From Occultella glacieicola (lineage in GTDB: Bacteria; Actinomycetota; Actinomycetes; Actinomycetales; Beutenbergiaceae), in the NCBI RefSeq assembly GCF_004353825.1, contig NZ_SMNA01000014.1, positions 123,519 to 143,518 of the forward strand: DNA of 20,000 nt, written 5' to 3'. The notes beneath the pieces are model-generated. The model did no database searches and had not been told where the DNA came from. It was given only the letters and a program-made list of their open reading frames with translations. Both the position numbers and the translations under genes were made by a program. Positions 15,737 to 20,000 of this stretch are shown piece by piece (the first letter of the stretch is position 1; every line of letters starts with the position of its first letter).

Positions 15737-16077
15737 ACCTGGTTCACCCGCATCTGCATCACCATCAGCACCACCGCGGCCACGGCCAGCACCACCGAAC
15801 TCCACCTACTGCGCTCGGTGAACGCCACCACCGCCGCGACCGGCATCATCACCAGGGCCGTGATCAGGTATCCCCAGAACGTGACCGGGTCACCCAGGTC
15901 GTGTCCGCCGGCGAGGCTGATCCCGGCCACCACCATCTGCGCGACCAGCGCCACCTCGATCACGGCCGCGCCGATGAGCTGGTTGAACGTCACCGACGTG
16001 TTGCGGACGGCGAGCACCACCGCCCAGACCGCCAGCACCAGGCAGCAGCCCACGATGATCCACGACACGACCGACAC
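15721..16077 (-). CDS. Small hydrophobic membrane protein (about 118 aa)
   Basis: Four hydrophobic segments, FWGYLITA and ERSRWS. I placed the start at GTG 16077 because TACCCT (16090-16085) lies 7 nt upstream. Confidence 0.82.
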   Translation of the reverse strand: MSVVSWIIVGCCLVLAVWAVVLAVRNTSVTFNQLIGAAVIEVALVAQMVVAGISLAGGHDLGDPVTFWGYLITALVMMPVAAVVAFTERSRWSSVVLAVAAVVLMVMQMRVNQVWMTS

Positions 16078-16151
16078 ACCGTGCAGGGTAGTGCCCACGC
16101 GGGCGACGACCCGCATCCACCGACCGTGCGTCCGCCGACCGCGCGACCTCC

Positions 16152-16157
16152 TACCAT
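16152..16157 (+). promoter_or_regulatory. -10 element (TACCAT) of the probable leaderless pepA transcript
   Basis: 6 nt upstream of GTG 16164. Confidence 0.6.
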
Positions 16158-16163
16158 GGGCGG

Positions 16164-17666
16164 GTGACCGAACTAGCGCTCAGTTCCTCCGACCCTGCCC
16201 GCCTGGCCGCCGACGCCCTCGTGATCGGAATCACCCCCGACGGCACCGGTGCCCGCCTCGTCGGCGCCGACGCCCTGCCGGGCCCCGTGCGCGCCTCGAT
16301 CGAGAACGCGATCGGCGTCCTCGGCCTGAAGGGCGCCGTCGACGAGGTGACGAAGATCCCGGCCGTCGACGGCGTCAGGGCGAACCTGCTCGTCCTGACC
16401 GGTCTCGGGGCGGTCGCCCCGGGCCCGGGGGCCGACGGCGGCCCGAGCCTCGAGAACCTACGCCGCGCCGCGGGGGCGGCGGCCCGCCAACTCGCGGGCA
16501 CGACGCACGCCGCCCTGGTGCTGCCGGCCGACGACGCGGCGCACGCGGCCGCCGTCGCCGAGGGCGGGTTGCTCGGCGCCTACGCGTTCGGCGACTACCG
16601 CGGGACCCGGCCGGCCGCCGGCGCGCCGGTCGCGACGATCACCGTGGTGACGCCGACCGCCCGCAAGGGCGCCACGAAGGACGCCGTGGCGCGGGCCAAG
16701 GTGCTCGCGACGGCCGTGCACGGCACCCGGGACCTGGTGAACTCGGCCCCGAACGACCTCTACCCGGAGTCCTTCGCGGACCACGCGCGGGCACGCGCCA
16801 AGGGCGCGAAGGTGAAGATCAAGGTCCTCGACGACGACGCGCTGCGTGAGGGCGGTTACGGCGGGCTCATCGGCGTGGGGCAGGGCTCCGTGCGCCCCCC
16901 GCGGCTGGTCAAGCTGACCTACGCGCCGGCCCGGGCGAAGAAGCACTACGCGCTCGTCGGCAAGGGCATCACGTTCGACTCCGGCGGCCTGTCGATCAAG
17001 CCCGCCAAGTCCATGGAGACGATGAAGTCGGACATGGCCGGCGCCGCGGCCGTGCTGAACACGGTGCTGGCCGCTGCCGAGCTCGGGCTCGGCATCAAGG
17101 TGACCGGCTGGCTGGCGCTGGCCGAGAACATGCCGTCGGGCACCGCCCAGCGGCCCTCCGACGTCATCACCATCCGCGGCGGCAAGACCGTCGAGGTCCT
17201 GAACACCGACGCCGAGGGCCGCCTGGTACTCGCGGACGCGATCGTCGCGGCGGGCGAGGAGAAGCCCGACGCGATCATCGACATCGCGACCCTGACCGGA
17301 GCGCAGATGATCGCCCTCGGCAACCAGGTCAGCGCCGTGATGGGCACCGATGACGTGCGCGGCGCCGTCATCGGGGCCGCGGAGCGGTCCGGCGAGCAGT
17401 TCTGGCCGATGCCGTTGCCGGAGGAGCTGCGGGCGTCGATGAAGACCCCGATGGCGGACATCGCGAACATGGGCGAGCGCTACGGCGGGATGCTCGTGGC
17501 CGGGCTGTTCCTCCAGGAGTTCGCCGGCACCACGCCGTGGGCGCACCTGGACATCGCCGGCCCGGCGTTCAACGAGGGTGGCCCGCGGCACTACGTGCCC
17601 AAGGGCGGCACCGGCGTCGGCGTCCGCACCCTGCTGAGCCTCCTGGAGGATGCCGCCGGGGCCTGA
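16164..17666 (+). CDS. pepA: Leucyl aminopeptidase (M17)
   Basis: VGKGITFDSGG.SIK, MKSDMAG, NTDAEGRL, ATLTGA and WAHLDIAG motifs. Confidence 0.97.
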   Translation: MTELALSSSDPARLAADALVIGITPDGTGARLVGADALPGPVRASIENAIGVLGLKGAVDEVTKIPAVDGVRANLLVLTGLGAVAPGPGADGGPSLENLRRAAGAAARQLAGTTHAALVLPADDAAHAAAVAEGGLLGAYAFGDYRGTRPAAGAPVATITVVTPTARKGATKDAVARAKVLATAVHGTRDLVNSAPNDLYPESFADHARARAKGAKVKIKVLDDDALREGGYGGLIGVGQGSVRPPRLVKLTYAPARAKKHYALVGKGITFDSGGLSIKPAKSMETMKSDMAGAAAVLNTVLAAAELGLGIKVTGWLALAENMPSGTAQRPSDVITIRGGKTVEVLNTDAEGRLVLADAIVAAGEEKPDAIIDIATLTGAQMIALGNQVSAVMGTDDVRGAVIGAAERSGEQFWPMPLPEELRASMKTPMADIANMGERYGGMLVAGLFLQEFAGTTPWAHLDIAGPAFNEGGPRHYVPKGGTGVGVRTLLSLLEDAAGA

Positions 17667-17682
17667 GGTGAGCAACCTCACG
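17667..17682. promoter_or_regulatory. CRP/GlxR-like box upstream of lpdA
   Basis: GGTGA-GCAACC-TCACG versus the consensus TGTGA-N6-TCACA. A candidate extended -10, TGC-CAAGAT, lies at 17724-17732. Confidence 0.45.
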
Positions 17683-17784
17683 GGTTCGCCCCGAGGGCCC
17701 GGTTGGGTGAGTCCGCAAGTCAGTGCCAAGATGGACGGAGCCGGTCGGCATGGCAGCCCCGGCACGGTGGACGAGGAGACACAC

Positions 17785-19170
17785 GTGACGCAAGCACCAG
17801 GCGACGCCTACGACGTCGTGATCCTCGGTGCGGGCAGTGGCGGGTACGCCGCCGCGCTGCGCGCCGCCGAGTTGGGCCTGACGGTCGCACTGATCGAGTC
17901 GGACAAGGTCGGCGGCACCTGCCTGCATCGCGGCTGCATCCCCACGAAGGCGCTGCTGCACGCCGGCGAACTGGCCGACGAGATCCGCGAGAGCGAACAG
18001 TTCGGGGTCAACTCCACGTTCGAGGGCATCGACATCAACGGGGTGAACTCCTACCGGGACTCGGTGGTGGCGCGCCTGTACAAGGGCCTGCAGGGCCTGG
18101 TCGCCTCCCGCCAGATCGACCTGATCAACGGGTACGGCCGGCTCGTCGGCACCGACACCGTCGAGGTCGACGGACAGCGCATCGTCGGCCGCAACGTGGT
18201 CCTCGCCACCGGTTCCTACGCGCGGTCGCTGCCCGGGCTGGAGATCGGTGGCCGGGTCATCACCTCCGACCAGGCGCTCACCCTGGACTGGGTGCCGAGG
18301 AAGGCGATCGTGCTCGGCGGCGGTGTGATCGGCGTCGAGTTCGCGAGCGTCTGGAAGTCCTTCGGTGCCGAGGTGACCATCATCGAGGCACTGCCGCACC
18401 TGGTCCCGAACGAGGACGAGGCGCTCAGCAAGGGTCTGGAGCGCGCCTTCAAGAAGCGCCGCATCTCGTTCTCCCTCGGGGTCCGGTTCCAGGGCGTGGA
18501 ACAGACCGACGACGGCGTGCGGGTCACCCTCGAGGACGGCAGCACCCACGAGGCGGACGTGCTGCTCGTGGCCGTCGGGCGCGGTCCGTCGACGGCGAAC
18601 CTCGGGTACGAGGAGCAGGGGCTGCGGATCGATCGTGGTTTCGTGCTCGTCGACGAGACGCTGCACACCGGCGTCGCCAACATCTACGCCGTCGGGGACA
18701 TCACCCCCGGACTGCAGCTCGCGCACCGCGGCTTCGCGCACGGCATCTTCGTGGCCGAGCAGATCGCCGGCCTGAACCCCGCGCCGATCACCGAGAGCGG
18801 GATCCCCCGGGTCACCTACTGCCAGCCGGAGGTCGCCTCGGTCGGGCTCACCGAGGCGCAGGCCCGCGAGGCCCACGGGAGTGACGCCGTCGAGGTGCTC
18901 GAGTACAACCTCGGTGGGAACGGCCGCAGCCAGATCCTCAAGACCACCGGCTTCGTGAAGCTGGTCCGCGCGAAGGACGGCCCGATCGTCGGCGTGCACA
19001 TGCTCGGCGCGCGGATGGGCGAGCAGATCGGCGAGGGCCAGCTCATCGTGAACTGGGAGGCCTACCCGGAGGACGTCGCCTCGCTGATCCACGCGCACCC
19101 CACACAGAACGAATCGCTGGGCGAGGCCGCACTGGCCCTGGCCGGTAAGCCCTTGCACTCCCACAACTGA
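17785..19170 (+). CDS. lpdA: Dihydrolipoyl dehydrogenase (E3)
   Basis: GAGSGG, redox [21 protein letters not shown] and HAHPTQNE motifs. Start placed at GTG 17785, with GAGGAG SD. Confidence 0.97.
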   Translation: MTQAPGDAYDVVILGAGSGGYAAALRAAELGLTVALIESDKVGGTCLHRGCIPTKALLHAGELADEIRESEQFGVNSTFEGIDINGVNSYRDSVVARLYKGLQGLVASRQIDLINGYGRLVGTDTVEVDGQRIVGRNVVLATGSYARSLPGLEIGGRVITSDQALTLDWVPRKAIVLGGGVIGVEFASVWKSFGAEVTIIEALPHLVPNEDEALSKGLERAFKKRRISFSLGVRFQGVEQTDDGVRVTLEDGSTHEADVLLVAVGRGPSTANLGYEEQGLRIDRGFVLVDETLHTGVANIYAVGDITPGLQLAHRGFAHGIFVAEQIAGLNPAPITESGIPRVTYCQPEVASVGLTEAQAREAHGSDAVEVLEYNLGGNGRSQILKTTGFVKLVRAKDGPIVGVHMLGARMGEQIGEGQLIVNWEAYPEDVASLIHAHPTQNESLGEAALALAGKPLHSHN

Positions 19171-19195
19171 CCACCCAAGAAGGAGACACCCGGTC

Positions 19196-20000
19196 ATGTC
19201 CCAGTCCGTGCAGATGCCCGCACTCGGAGAGAGCGTCACCGAAGGCACCGTGACCCGTTGGCTCAAGGCCGTCGGTGAGTCGGTCGAGGTCGACGAGCCG
19301 TTGCTCGAGGTCTCCACCGACAAGGTGGACACCGAGGTGCCCTCCCCCGTGGCCGGCGTGGTCGAGAAGATCCTGGTCGAGGAGGACGAGACGGTCGAGG
19401 TGGGCGCCGAACTGGCGGTCATCGGCGACGGCTCGGGAGGCGGCGAGTCCGGCGACGCTCCCGCCGCCGAGGAGGCACCCGCGCAGGAGGCGCCTGCCGA
19501 GGAGGCGCCTGCCGAGGAGGCCCCGGCGCAGGAGGCCCCGGCGCAGGAGTCGGCATCCGAGGCTGGCGGCGAGACCGCCACGGACCAGGGTGAGGCCAAG
19601 GAGGCCGCAGCCGAGGAGGCTCCGGCACCGGAGCCCTCGGGCGGGTCCGGCGGCGACGCCGGTTCCGGCGACCGTGAGGCCGTCACCCTGCCCGCGCTGG
19701 GTGAGTCCGTGACCGAGGGCACCGTGACCCGGTGGCTCAAGGAGGTCGGCGACGACATCGAGGTGGACGAGCCCCTGCTGGAGGTCTCCACCGACAAGGT
19801 CGACACCGAGGTCCCCTCCCCCGTGGCCGGCAAGGTCCTGGAGATCCTGGTCGCCGAGGACGAGACCGTCGAGGTCGGCGCGACGCTCGCCTACGTCGGT
19901 TCCGGTGAGGCGGCCCCCGCCGCCGCGGCCGAGCCCGAGGCCGCCCCGGAGCCCGAGGCGGCCCCGGAGCCCGAGCCGGCCCCTGCCGCCGAGTCGCCCG
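19196..20000 (+). CDS. sucB: 2-oxoacid dehydrogenase E2 dihydrolipoamide acyltransferase (DlaT/SucB), N-terminal part; 3' truncated
   Basis: Absent from the ORF track because there is no stop in the window. An AAGGAG SD precedes ATG 19196. It translates as [24 protein letters not shown]...[10 protein letters not shown], with two lipoyl domains separated by Ala/Pro/Glu linkers. Confidence 0.96.
   Translation, partial: MSQSVQMPALGESVTEGTVTRWLKAVGESVEVDEPLLEVSTDKVDTEVPSPVAGVVEKILVEEDETVEVGAELAVIGDGSGGGESGDAPAAEEAPAQEAPAEEAPAEEAPAQEAPAQESASEAGGETATDQGEAKEAAAEEAPAPEPSGGSGGDAGSGDREAVTLPALGESVTEGTVTRWLKEVGDDIEVDEPLLEVSTDKVDTEVPSPVAGKVLEILVAEDETVEVGATLAYVGSGEAAPAAAAEPEAAPEPEAAPEPEPAPAAESP
19466..19549 (+). 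repeat. 15-bp coding tandem repeat (about 5.6 copies, A(E/Q)EAP) in the E2 linker
   Basis: GCCGAGGAGGCACCC / GCGCAGGAGGCGCCT / GCCGAGGAGGCGCCT / GCCGAGGAGGCCCCG / GCGCAGGAGGCCCCG / GCGCAGGAG. Confidence 0.85.
19931..19975 (+). repeat. 18-bp coding tandem repeat (EPEAAP, 2.5 copies) in the second E2 linker
   Basis: GAGCCCGAGGCCGCCCCG / GAGCCCGAGGCGGCCCCG / GAGCCCGAG. Confidence 0.8.

Overview
This is a very GC-rich actinobacterial chromosomal segment. Gene order and protein style suggest Micrococcales (inference). It is mostly core genome: the 3' end of qcrB, an Fe/Mn superoxide dismutase, the convergent ctaC-ctaD-ctaF cytochrome aa3 oxidase genes, an FKBP lipoprotein, an ErpA/HesB Fe-S carrier, a glycerate kinase-like gene, a DJ-1/PfpI gene, DUF3043, an aldo/keto reductase, pyrD, two small membrane proteins, pepA, lpdA and the start of dlaT/sucB. 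A 3.8 kb accessory-looking block lies between the reductase and pyrD. It holds an ECF41 sigma factor with a flavoprotein, and a TetR regulator with an NAD(P)-binding protein. I found no CRISPR array, transposase, phage gene, tRNA or rRNA, and I cannot support a major new system. The best leads are smaller. (1) A divergent pair of apparent pseudo-enzymes: a DJ-1 protein with Cys->Gly at the nucleophile, and a glycerate kinase with eroded motifs. (2) A twin REP-like hairpin with a compensatory base change. (3) An orphan pair of LacI-type operators inside a repeat-rich 350 bp spacer. (4) Readable regulatory sites: SigH/SigR-type and ECF41-type promoters, TetR operators, CRP-like boxes and many probable leaderless promoters.
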